A DNA stretch of 64,000 bases from Calditrichaceae bacterium (GTDB lineage: Bacteria; Calditrichota; Calditrichia; Calditrichales; JBFXGD01): the NCBI GenBank assembly GCA_050173015.1, contig JBFXLE010000014.1, positions 1-64,000 of the forward strand, in the 5' to 3' direction. Below are positions 9,900-18,908 of the stretch, piece by piece. The position numbers were made by a program, and so were the translations under genes. Each line of letters opens with the position of its first letter. Within the stretch, counting starts at the first letter, position 1. Below the pieces are notes generated by a model that saw only the letters and a program-made list of their open reading frames with translations, was not told where the DNA came from and did no database searches.

Positions 9900-10514
9900 A
9901 TGTCTGAAGATTTAACTCCAAAATCATCTTCCCGTCGTAAATTTCTCAAAAGTTTCAGCACCGGTCTGATCGGTACATCCGTACTGGTGCCCATGCTGCC
10001 AGCCGCGGCACACTCAAAAACAAAGACAAAAGAAGGTGATCCGAAAAGTGAAGGAAAAATACTGCTCTCCTTATCGGTAAACGGAAAAGCGGTGACCGCG
10101 TATGTTAATCCCGAAACTACGCTGGCTGAGTTTTTGCGGGGCCAGCTTAACCTCACCGGGACCAAGATCGTTTGCAATCATGGTGAATGCGGAAGCTGTA
10201 CGGTGATCCTGAACGGGGAAGCCGTTTATTCCTGCCATATGCTTGCGCTTGACGCGCAGGGGGGGGCGCTGATCACTATCGAAGGGCTGCAGGATGGTGA
10301 AGAACTACATCCGCTGCAGGAATCTTTTGTCGAAAAAGACGGGATGCAATGCGGATTTTGCACACCCGGACAAATTATGGCGGCATACGCCTTATTTCTA
10401 AAAGTGCCACATCCGACACGCGAGCAGGTCATGGAGGGGATGTCCGGTAATCTATGCCGTTGCGCCGCTTACCCCAAAATCATTGATTCCGTCCTGGACG
10501 CGGCAAATAAATAA
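9900..10514 (+). CDS. Tat-signal 2Fe-2S subunit of a PaoABC-like aldehyde oxidoreductase (PaoA/YagT-like)
   Basis: SRRKFLK twin-arginine motif; GTKIVCNHGECGSCTV, QCGFCTPG, GNLCRC. Confidence 0.85.
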   Translation: MSEDLTPKSSSRRKFLKSFSTGLIGTSVLVPMLPAAAHSKTKTKEGDPKSEGKILLSLSVNGKAVTAYVNPETTLAEFLRGQLNLTGTKIVCNHGECGSCTVILNGEAVYSCHMLALDAQGGALITIEGLQDGEELHPLQESFVEKDGMQCGFCTPGQIMAAYALFLKVPHPTREQVMEGMSGNLCRCAAYPKIIDSVLDAANK

Positions 10515-10608
10515 ATCATCTCTCCGTTGCATTTTTAAAATAACAAAAGTGATTTGTTTAAAAGCGCGATCCTTTGCGTGATTAACTTCCATATGACGGG
10601 AGGCAAAA

Positions 10609-12900
10609 ATGTCATCGCGAAAAATGTTAAAATCAAAGTATTTTTTTGAAGAAGATTTTGTCGAATCGGTAGCCGAAGTACCGGCAGAGAAAATAGAATC
10701 CTGGAGCCCCGGGGAAAAATTAAAAGTCATTGGAAAACCCTTTTCCAGGATTGACGGATATGATAAGGTAAGCGGAGCGGCGGGTTTTACTTTTGATGTC
10801 GGTTTACCGGGAATGCTCCACGCGAAAATCCTGAGATCACCCTATCCTCACGCGCGAATTAAATCTATTGACGCATCGAAAGCGGAAAATCTTCAAGGGG
10901 TTTTGGCTGTTATTTCGTATAAAAACACGGACCCGATAAAGTGGTATGCCGATAGTTTTTTGTTTGATTCTCATGTCAGATATGAGGGTGAAGAAGTTGC
11001 TTGTGTTGCCGCTGAGTCTGAAGCGATCGCCGGGATGGCGCTGCGGTTGATTAAAGTTGAGTATGAAGAATTACCTTTTGTGACGCGGGCGGATGAGGCC
11101 ATGAAAACAAACGCGCCAAAATTGTACCCCGAAGGGAATGTTTTGAACGGCAAACCGTCCATATATGAACGGGGAAATGTGGCGGATGGATTTAATGAGG
11201 CGGATATTATCGCTGAAGATACTTTTGAGACTCAGGTGGTTGTCCACAATCCCACTGAGGCGCATTGCAGTGTTGTAAACTGGGATGACGATAAACTTAC
11301 CGTATGGGATTCAACCCAGGGTGTCTTTTCCGTAAGAGATACAATTGCGGACAGCCTGGGTATTCCCGAGAGTAGTGTGCGGGTCATAAAAAAATATATG
11401 GGCGGGGGATTCGGAAGCAAACTTGCCGCCGGCAAATACTCGGTAATGGCTGCGTTGCTGGCTAAAAAAACCGGCAGGCCGGTTAAAATTATACTTGATC
11501 GAAAAGAGATGAATCTCGCCGTGGGCAACCGACCCGATTCTGTCCAGAAACTCAGAATCGGAGTTAAAAGGAACGGAGAAATTACCGCCCTTGATCACTA
11601 CTCATATGGCGCCTCGGGCGCTCATCCGAGCGGCGCGGGCTGCGCCTGGCCTCTGCGGACAATATATAAATGTCCCAATGTCAGAACCGAGGAATATTCC
11701 GTATTTATCAATGCCGGTCCGGGAAGGCCGTTCCGCGCGCCCGGACATGTTCAGGGAATTTTTGGACTTGATTCGCTTATGGATGAAGCCGCGGAAAAAA
11801 TACAAATGGATCCTTTGGATTTTCGATTGAAAAACTATGCTGATGTGGATCAGGTAGCCAATTTACCTTATACCAGCAAAAAGTTAAGGGAATGTTATTC
11901 GCGGGGCGCGGAGGCTATTGGATGGAACCGGAGAAAGAAGGCGGGTTCGGGTAGCGGGATTGTCAAAAAGGGTATCGGGATGGCTTCGCAGATATGGTGG
12001 GGTGGCGGAGGTCCTCCTGCTTACGCGACCCTGAAACTGAACCGGGACGGAAGCGCTGAAGTTCTGGCGGGTACCCAGGATCTGGGAACCGGCACCTATA
12101 CTTTTATCGCGCAGGTAGTTTCAGAAGTCCTTGAAATCCCGATGGATCATATTCGCGTGACGCTTGGTGACACGGCAACCACTCCATATGGTCCGTCGAG
12201 CGGCGGGAGCACCACGGCGCCATCCGTCTCACCGGCGGTCCGGGATGCCGCGGAACAAATGAAAACGAAGCTGATGGAAGCCGCGGGAGCGGGATGGGCG
12301 GTCCCTGTTTCAAATCTTGTCTATGAAAAAGGAGCAATTTACAGAAAAAACCTTCAGGATGAGAGATTGGCTATTCCCGATATATTCAGGAGTTTGCGTG
12401 AAAGGGTTCTGATCACAACAGGCGCGCGGGAAGCCAATCCCGATGGATACGCTATTAATTCATTTGGAGCCCAGTTCGCTGAGGTTGAGGTTGATACTGA
12501 AACAGGAAAAATAACAGTAAAAAAGATTGTGGCTGCTCATGATATTGGCCGGGTGCTGAACCGGAAATTGCTCGAAAATCAATTTCACGGGGGCATGATG
12601 CAGGGATTGAGTTATGCGCTGATGGAAGAACGGGTGATCGACCGGAACACCGGGAAAGTTCTGACAAATAATCTGCATGATTACAAAATCCCGACGGTGA
12701 CCGATACCCCTGAAATGGAAATAATTATTGTGAGCGACGGTGATCCTATGATTAGTAATACGGGTGTAAAAGGCATTGGTGAACCGGCAATCATTCCGAC
12801 CGCGGGGGCCATAGCCAACGCGGTTTACAATGCTATCGGTGTTCGTCTAAAATCGCTGCCGATGACACCGGAAAAAGTATTGATGGCTCTGAACAGCTAA
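10609..12900 (+). CDS. Xanthine dehydrogenase family molybdopterin-binding subunit (PaoC/YagR-like)
   Basis: GGGFGSK, FRAPG, QDLGTG, GGSTT, GVKGIGEP...AIANAVYNAIGVR. Confidence 0.88.
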   Translation: MSSRKMLKSKYFFEEDFVESVAEVPAEKIESWSPGEKLKVIGKPFSRIDGYDKVSGAAGFTFDVGLPGMLHAKILRSPYPHARIKSIDASKAENLQGVLAVISYKNTDPIKWYADSFLFDSHVRYEGEEVACVAAESEAIAGMALRLIKVEYEELPFVTRADEAMKTNAPKLYPEGNVLNGKPSIYERGNVADGFNEADIIAEDTFETQVVVHNPTEAHCSVVNWDDDKLTVWDSTQGVFSVRDTIADSLGIPESSVRVIKKYMGGGFGSKLAAGKYSVMAALLAKKTGRPVKIILDRKEMNLAVGNRPDSVQKLRIGVKRNGEITALDHYSYGASGAHPSGAGCAWPLRTIYKCPNVRTEEYSVFINAGPGRPFRAPGHVQGIFGLDSLMDEAAEKIQMDPLDFRLKNYADVDQVANLPYTSKKLRECYSRGAEAIGWNRRKKAGSGSGIVKKGIGMASQIWWGGGGPPAYATLKLNRDGSAEVLAGTQDLGTGTYTFIAQVVSEVLEIPMDHIRVTLGDTATTPYGPSSGGSTTAPSVSPAVRDAAEQMKTKLMEAAGAGWAVPVSNLVYEKGAIYRKNLQDERLAIPDIFRSLRERVLITTGAREANPDGYAINSFGAQFAEVEVDTETGKITVKKIVAAHDIGRVLNRKLLENQFHGGMMQGLSYALMEERVIDRNTGKVLTNNLHDYKIPTVTDTPEMEIIIVSDGDPMISNTGVKGIGEPAIIPTAGAIANAVYNAIGVRLKSLPMTPEKVLMALNS

Positions 12901-12967
12901 GAAGTGGATTGTTTTGATTATGTTGATAATATGTAAAATGTGGCCTCATAAAAAGAGGAGAAAATAG

Positions 12968-13939
12968 ATGAATAATTTTCAATATTCAGAACCCTCCAGT
13001 TTAGATGAAGCAAGCCGGCAGTTGAGCGATGACTGGAAAAAATCACTGCCTTACGCGGGGGGCACAGATCTGCTGGGTCTGGTCAAAAATAATATTGAGA
13101 GCCCTGAACAATTGGTAAATTTAAAAAGTTTGCCCGGACTGGATGACATCAATTATAAAAAAGGCAGAGGCCTTTCTATCGGCGCGCTCGTAAAAATATC
13201 GGATATCGCGGGAAATCAGCTGATAAAAGACAAATATCATGTTCTGGCGGAAGCCGCAATGGAAGTGGCCTCACCACAATTGCGAAATATGGGTACGTTG
13301 GGCGGTAATCTTTGCCAGCGGCCGAGATGCTGGTATTTCAGGGGGGATTTTAACTGTCTCCGGAAAGGCGGAGACATCTGCTTCGCGGCAGGGGGTGAGA
13401 ATAAATATCACTGCATTACAGACGGTGGTCCATGTTATATCGTACATCCTTCGGATATGGCTGTGGCGCTGTTGTCTCTTGACGCGAAAATAAACATATA
13501 TTCTGCCGGAAAAATTAAATCCGTTCCGGTGTCAGAGTTCTTCGTCTTACCTAAGGATGATATTTTACGTGAAAATGTCTTAAAACCCGGTGAGATTGTT
13601 ACCGGAGTGGATATTCCCGATTTGGATGACGGAAGCAGAAGCTGGTACTTAAAATTTAAAGAGCGCGGCGCATGGGATTTCGCGGTTGTCAGCGTGGCGG
13701 CTGTTGTAAATAAAAGCGGTAATCAGATTGTCAACGGAAGAATAGCGTTTGGCGGCGTCGCCCCGATCCCGTGGGAGGATAAAACCCTGAACACAAAATT
13801 AAAAGGTGTGCTGAACGCTCGGAAAACTAATGATTTATCACAGGGAATTTTAAAAGATGCGGAACCTATGGAGCAGAATGCCTATAAGATCATACTGACG
13901 CGCAACTTAACACAAAAGCTGCTGAGTAGACTGATATAA
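12968..13939 (+). CDS. FAD-binding subunit with 4Fe-4S insertion (PaoB/YagS-like)
   Basis: AGGTDL, ASPQLRNMGTLGGN, Cys-rich insert CQRPRCWYFR..C...C...C, HPSD. Confidence 0.88.
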   Translation: MNNFQYSEPSSLDEASRQLSDDWKKSLPYAGGTDLLGLVKNNIESPEQLVNLKSLPGLDDINYKKGRGLSIGALVKISDIAGNQLIKDKYHVLAEAAMEVASPQLRNMGTLGGNLCQRPRCWYFRGDFNCLRKGGDICFAAGGENKYHCITDGGPCYIVHPSDMAVALLSLDAKINIYSAGKIKSVPVSEFFVLPKDDILRENVLKPGEIVTGVDIPDLDDGSRSWYLKFKERGAWDFAVVSVAAVVNKSGNQIVNGRIAFGGVAPIPWEDKTLNTKLKGVLNARKTNDLSQGILKDAEPMEQNAYKIILTRNLTQKLLSRLI

Positions 13940-14418
13940 GCGGTGAAGGAAGAGAGAAAAAGAAAAAAGAAAAAAGATAAAAGAAAAAAGATGAAGAATA
14001 AGAGTTAAGATAACAGGCAGGGGCGTGTTTTTATTGGCCCGTCATCCTGATTGAGGAGTGGTAGAAATCGCCGCTATTTTAGCAATGTCTTAATTGGCCA
14101 GGATATAAAAAGAAAATTTATTAATGTGTACGATGTATGGGTGGAAATGGAATTGGCCGAAGGGATAAGATTAATATTTTTAAATAATTACAAGCAAAAT
14201 TACATCTTATTATAATGAAATATTTTTAGAAAAAAGGTATACTACTCAGGTAACAATATCTGTTCCGAATAAATGATTTTTTCATTTTAATTATTTTTTT
14301 TGCAAATTGTGACTTTGAAACCGAAAAAATTCCGTTAATTTTTTTCGAATTTAGTATCACATATTTCGTATTTTATATCAGGACTTTTAACCATAGATAG
14401 TGTAGAACAGGAGCAAGC

Positions 14419-15888
14419 ATGGAAGAATGGAAATGGGAAATTAAAAATGAGTCGTATCTCAAACGGAGCATCGACCGGTGCCACAGACAAAATATTATTC
14501 TACCCACGTTTAAGCAGCTAAAGCATCCCGAAACGATACCTCAACAAGTTTTGGATAAACTTAAAAAAATCGATTTTCAGGATTTTCATCCGCTAAACCT
14601 GTTCAGAATTAACTGGAGAAACGATGCTGTCACATCCGGCATCGGCGGGATAAATTATCTGGAAATTCCAAAAGAAATTACAGGTGTGAATGCCAGAATC
14701 ATAGGTCTGGTAGGTAAATATTTTCCAACGGGCGCGCATAAAGTCGGGGCTACATACGGCTGTCTGGCGCCTTATCTGGTTAGCGGCAGATTCGATCCTG
14801 ATTATCATAAAGCAGTTTGGCCGTCAACGGGTAATTACTGTCGGGGCGGCGCGTTCAATTCCAGGTTGCTGGGTGTCCATTCGGTCGCGATCCTTCCGGA
14901 AGAAATGAGCAACGAACGATTTGAATGGCTGAAAGAAACCGGAGCTGAAGTTTATGCTACACCCGGTTGTGAGAGCAATGTGAAAGAGATTTATGATAAA
15001 TGTCATGAACTTGAAGCAAAGAGTGATGAGTATCTTATATTTAATCAATTTGATCAGTTTGGGAATGCGGTCTGGCATCACGAAATCACGGGATTCACAA
15101 TACAGTCCCTATTCGATCAGGTTAAACTGCCGGGGCAGCGTGTTTCCGGTTATGTAAGCGCGACAGGATCAGCGGGCACCATCGCCGCCGGTGACTATCT
15201 GCGTACACAACATCCGCAGATAAAAGTTTTGGGCTCAGAAGCGCTGCAATGCCCGACGCTCCTTATGAATGGATTTGGCGGTCATAGAATTGAAGGAATC
15301 GGTGATAAGCATGTTCCCTGGGTACACAATGTCAAAAATATGGATATGGTCTGCGCGATAGATGATGATCACCCGATGCGTTTACTACGATTGTTTAATG
15401 AACCCGAAGGTCATGAATGGCTGTCTGAAATGGGTGTTCCGGTGAATGTGATCAAAAAATTGCCACAGATGGGGATTTCATCCGTAAGTAATTTAATCAG
15501 CGCGATAAAAATGGCAAAGTATTATGAATTTAATGAGAATGACGTTATTTTTACCATTTTTACCGACTCGGTTGAAATGTACTATTCAAGGCTGCGGGAA
15601 ATGTCAGAACAATGGGGCGCCTACACTAACCGGCAGGCTGAACTTGACTGGACTTCTTCGATTAAAAATCAGGGAATCGATTACCTCAAAGAATTGAGTT
15701 ATTATGATAAAAAATCAATCCATAATCTCAAATATTTTACATGGGTCGAACAGCAGGGTAAGGAAGTCGAAGAACTCAACGCGCAATGGTATGACGAGGA
15801 ATACTGGCAGAAACGTTTTTCTATTGTCCCCGAGTGGGATCAAATGATTGAAGATTTTAACAGACAGGTTGGCGTAAAGCTGACATAA
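14419..15888 (+). CDS. Fold-type II PLP-dependent enzyme (uncharacterised, cysteine synthase/TrpB-like superfamily)
   Basis: PTGAHKVG (putative PLP Lys), WPSTGNY, ATGSAGT phosphate loop, HRIEGIG. AGGAG RBS. Confidence 0.75.
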   Translation: MEEWKWEIKNESYLKRSIDRCHRQNIILPTFKQLKHPETIPQQVLDKLKKIDFQDFHPLNLFRINWRNDAVTSGIGGINYLEIPKEITGVNARIIGLVGKYFPTGAHKVGATYGCLAPYLVSGRFDPDYHKAVWPSTGNYCRGGAFNSRLLGVHSVAILPEEMSNERFEWLKETGAEVYATPGCESNVKEIYDKCHELEAKSDEYLIFNQFDQFGNAVWHHEITGFTIQSLFDQVKLPGQRVSGYVSATGSAGTIAAGDYLRTQHPQIKVLGSEALQCPTLLMNGFGGHRIEGIGDKHVPWVHNVKNMDMVCAIDDDHPMRLLRLFNEPEGHEWLSEMGVPVNVIKKLPQMGISSVSNLISAIKMAKYYEFNENDVIFTIFTDSVEMYYSRLREMSEQWGAYTNRQAELDWTSSIKNQGIDYLKELSYYDKKSIHNLKYFTWVEQQGKEVEELNAQWYDEEYWQKRFSIVPEWDQMIEDFNRQVGVKLT

Positions 15889-15916
15889 AAAATGATTAAA
15901 TTCGGTTTTAGGGAGC

Positions 15917-17398
15917 GTGACTCAATTGAGCGATAGTTCCAAAATAATACGAAATATTCTGATCGCGGGAGAAGATGACAACAGTCTTGAACTGGTTGAA
16001 ATCCACTTTAGTGATAAAATACGACGTATTAACAGATTATTGCCCCGGAGTATCGGTTGGGAGGAGATCTCTTCCCGGAACCGGTGGCTGGAATGGCAGA
16101 AAAAATATCAAAGCGCTCTCCGATCAGCCCCTAATTCAGATATCATAGATGGTAATTTCCATCTCCTGATACCGGGCGCCATCGACTCGCATGTGCATTT
16201 TAACACGCCGGGATTTGAACACCGGGAAGATTTTGAACATGGTTCGGCGGCCGCGGCGTCAGGTGGGGTGACAACGGTTATCGATATGCCCTGCACTTCC
16301 ATTCCGCCGGTCACATCTATTAAAAACATGGAATCAAAATTGAACGCTCTTAGCGGACGCAGTCTGGTTGATTTTGCCTTTTGGGGTGGCGTTTCGGGAA
16401 ATGATCTTGACGGCGGAGTTAATGTGAAAAAGCAAATCATCGAACTGGCTTCCGCCGGTGTTGTCGGATTTAAAACATATCTGATATCGGGGATGGATTC
16501 TTTTCGGGATTTGACTATGGAGCAGATGGCGCGGGTGGCCGAATGGATTAAGCCGACCATGTTGCCGCTTGCCGTACACGCTGAGGCCAAAGAATTGGTG
16601 CTTGAACAGCAGGAACATTTCCTGAAGATCGGTAAGAAAGACTGGTGCGCGTATTACTGCTCAAGAGATGAACGCGCTGAAGCGCTGGCGGTTGCCCGCA
16701 TGATACAGATTGCCAGAAAAACCGGTTGTCAGGTTCATATCGTGCATCTTAGTTCTGAATTCGGTGTGGAAATGATTCAGAACGCAAGAAAGGAATCTGT
16801 ACCGGTCACCGCTGAGACTTGTCCGCACTATCTGTATTTTACGCGGGATGATTTTGATAATCCGGAAATATCATCTTATCTAAAAACGGCGCCGCCCGTA
16901 AAAACTGAATTTGACCGGTCAGCTCTATGGCGGGGTCTGGAAGACGGAACTTTATCTTTTGTTACCACTGATCACGCGGGATGTGATCCGGAAAAAGAAA
17001 AATCATCTGATAATTTTTGGGAAGTTTACGGAGGTATTCCGGGTGTTGAACACCGTGTTTCTTTTTTATTCAGCGAAGGATTTAAAAAGGGACGAATCAA
17101 CCTGAAAAAGACGATTGATTTACTCTCAACAAATCCGGCAAAATATTTTCGCATCGACGGAAAAAAGGGAAGTTTAAATATCGGAAAAGACGCGGATTTC
17201 GCGTTGATAAATTTATGGGATCAGCAGCAAATTAGCGCGGATGCAATGCATTGCAAAGGGAAATACACTCCTTTCGAAGGCGTTGTACTAGAGACGGTCG
17301 TTGAAAAAACATTTTTACGGGGAATGCTGATTTCCACGCGCGGCGGTAATATTTTAACAAAGCCGGGATACGGAAGTTTTATTCGGGCGGAAAATTAA
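15917..17398 (+). CDS. Allantoinase-like cyclic amidohydrolase
   Basis: IDSHVH, GGVTTVIDMP, GFK (carboxylated Lys), VHAE, HIVHLS, ETCPHYL, TDH, GGIPG. Confidence 0.78.
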   Translation: MTQLSDSSKIIRNILIAGEDDNSLELVEIHFSDKIRRINRLLPRSIGWEEISSRNRWLEWQKKYQSALRSAPNSDIIDGNFHLLIPGAIDSHVHFNTPGFEHREDFEHGSAAAASGGVTTVIDMPCTSIPPVTSIKNMESKLNALSGRSLVDFAFWGGVSGNDLDGGVNVKKQIIELASAGVVGFKTYLISGMDSFRDLTMEQMARVAEWIKPTMLPLAVHAEAKELVLEQQEHFLKIGKKDWCAYYCSRDERAEALAVARMIQIARKTGCQVHIVHLSSEFGVEMIQNARKESVPVTAETCPHYLYFTRDDFDNPEISSYLKTAPPVKTEFDRSALWRGLEDGTLSFVTTDHAGCDPEKEKSSDNFWEVYGGIPGVEHRVSFLFSEGFKKGRINLKKTIDLLSTNPAKYFRIDGKKGSLNIGKDADFALINLWDQQQISADAMHCKGKYTPFEGVVLETVVEKTFLRGMLISTRGGNILTKPGYGSFIRAEN

Positions 17399-17458
17399 TA
17401 ATTCAATACAGTTGACTAAATAATTTGGGATTAGAACAATACTCACACGGGGTTGATA

Positions 17459-18790
17459 ATGCAAATTCAGAATGTATGGGTGTCACAAATACAGGATAAA
17501 AAGATTTCACCGGTTTTTGCGGATCTGTTGATCAAAAACGGAAAAATTGAATCACTCATTCCAAAAGATTTTAAATCATATCTGAAGAATACGGATAAAA
17601 CCGGTTCCGGCAAAAATACACTTGATGCCGGAGGACGTGTTCTCACCATACCAAATGTGAATTTTCATGAACATTTTTACAGCCGTCTGGCCAAAGGGCT
17701 GTCCATTAACGGCCCAACAGATAATTTTACTGAAATTCTCAAAAACTTATGGTGGAAATTAGATCTCGCGCTGGATGAACAGATGGTTAAAGCGAGTGTC
17801 CTGATGGGAGCAATGGAATCTATTTACAATGGGGTCACCTACACTTTCGATCATCATGCTTCACCAAACTTTACCAAAGGAAGCCTTGATGTAATTGCTG
17901 AAACCGTCAAATCAATGGGTATGAGAAGTGTACTATGTTTTGAGACGTCTGACAGAAACGGGCCTGAGCTGACAAGCCAGGCTCTCGCAGAGCACCGGAG
18001 GTTTTATGAATCCGGTTTGGACCATGATATAAAAATGATGCTCGGCCTACATGCGTCATTCACGCTTTCGGACAATACACTGAAAGATGCTGCCGCATTG
18101 GTCAATGATCTGGGATTGGGTATTCATATCCATCTTTGCGAGGATGAGTCCGACAGGACGGAGAGTCTGAAGAGATTTAATAATCTGCCGGCAAGAAGGC
18201 TCGCGAAATTTAAATTGATGTCGCCTAAGGGCATACTATCTCACGGTATTCATCTCATCAAGGAAGATTACCTGATCATCTCCGGTGAAGGAAGCGCGAT
18301 CGCGTATAATCCTGATTCAAACCTGAACAATGGAGTCGGAGTACCCGACTTTCTGAATGTACCAAATGAAATACCGATTTTAAGCGGAACGGATGGTATG
18401 CATGCCAATCCGGCGCGATCGCTAAAACAATTATTCCTGTTTGCCAGACATCAAAATAATTCATTTGAGGAATCATTCAACTGGTTTCAAAAACTATTTT
18501 TTGATCAGTACAAATTTATCAGACAATATTTCCCTGACTTTACATCCTTACACCCGGGTGAACGCGCGGATTTTGTGATCTGGGATTATGTGCCACCGGC
18601 AGAAATTTCAGAACAGAATTTCTGGGGGCACTATATCTATGGCATTCTTGAACGACCGGTGCATTCCGTAATTCAGAATGGTCAGCCGCTGTTGAAAAAC
18701 GGCCGGATGATGATTGATAATGAGGACGCGATAAACCGTGAAATTCACCAACAGGGAATTAGGCTGGCGAAAAGTTTCAAAAATATGTGA
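17459..18790 (+). CDS. ssnA: SsnA-like amidohydrolase
   Basis: HEHFYSRLAKG, FTEILKNLWWKLD, DHHASP, CFETSDRNG, GLHASFTLS, HIH..E, NPDSNLNNGVG. Confidence 0.75.
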   Translation: MQIQNVWVSQIQDKKISPVFADLLIKNGKIESLIPKDFKSYLKNTDKTGSGKNTLDAGGRVLTIPNVNFHEHFYSRLAKGLSINGPTDNFTEILKNLWWKLDLALDEQMVKASVLMGAMESIYNGVTYTFDHHASPNFTKGSLDVIAETVKSMGMRSVLCFETSDRNGPELTSQALAEHRRFYESGLDHDIKMMLGLHASFTLSDNTLKDAAALVNDLGLGIHIHLCEDESDRTESLKRFNNLPARRLAKFKLMSPKGILSHGIHLIKEDYLIISGEGSAIAYNPDSNLNNGVGVPDFLNVPNEIPILSGTDGMHANPARSLKQLFLFARHQNNSFEESFNWFQKLFFDQYKFIRQYFPDFTSLHPGERADFVIWDYVPPAEISEQNFWGHYIYGILERPVHSVIQNGQPLLKNGRMMIDNEDAINREIHQQGIRLAKSFKNM

Positions 18791-18908
18791 AAATTGTAAG
18801 GGTATGCTGTCGCTTCGACCCATTTTCATTTGAGCTTTTAGTGAATTTTCATTATTATACCCTCATACATCGGGAACTGTTACTAAATTATTGATCGGAT
18901 TCAAACGC

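Noticed and set aside
13940-14418. Purine riboswitch or sigma54 promoter ahead of the purine operon
   Set aside because: No TATAAT...ATATGG...GTTTCTACC core, and the TTGGC motifs lack a correctly spaced TTGC.
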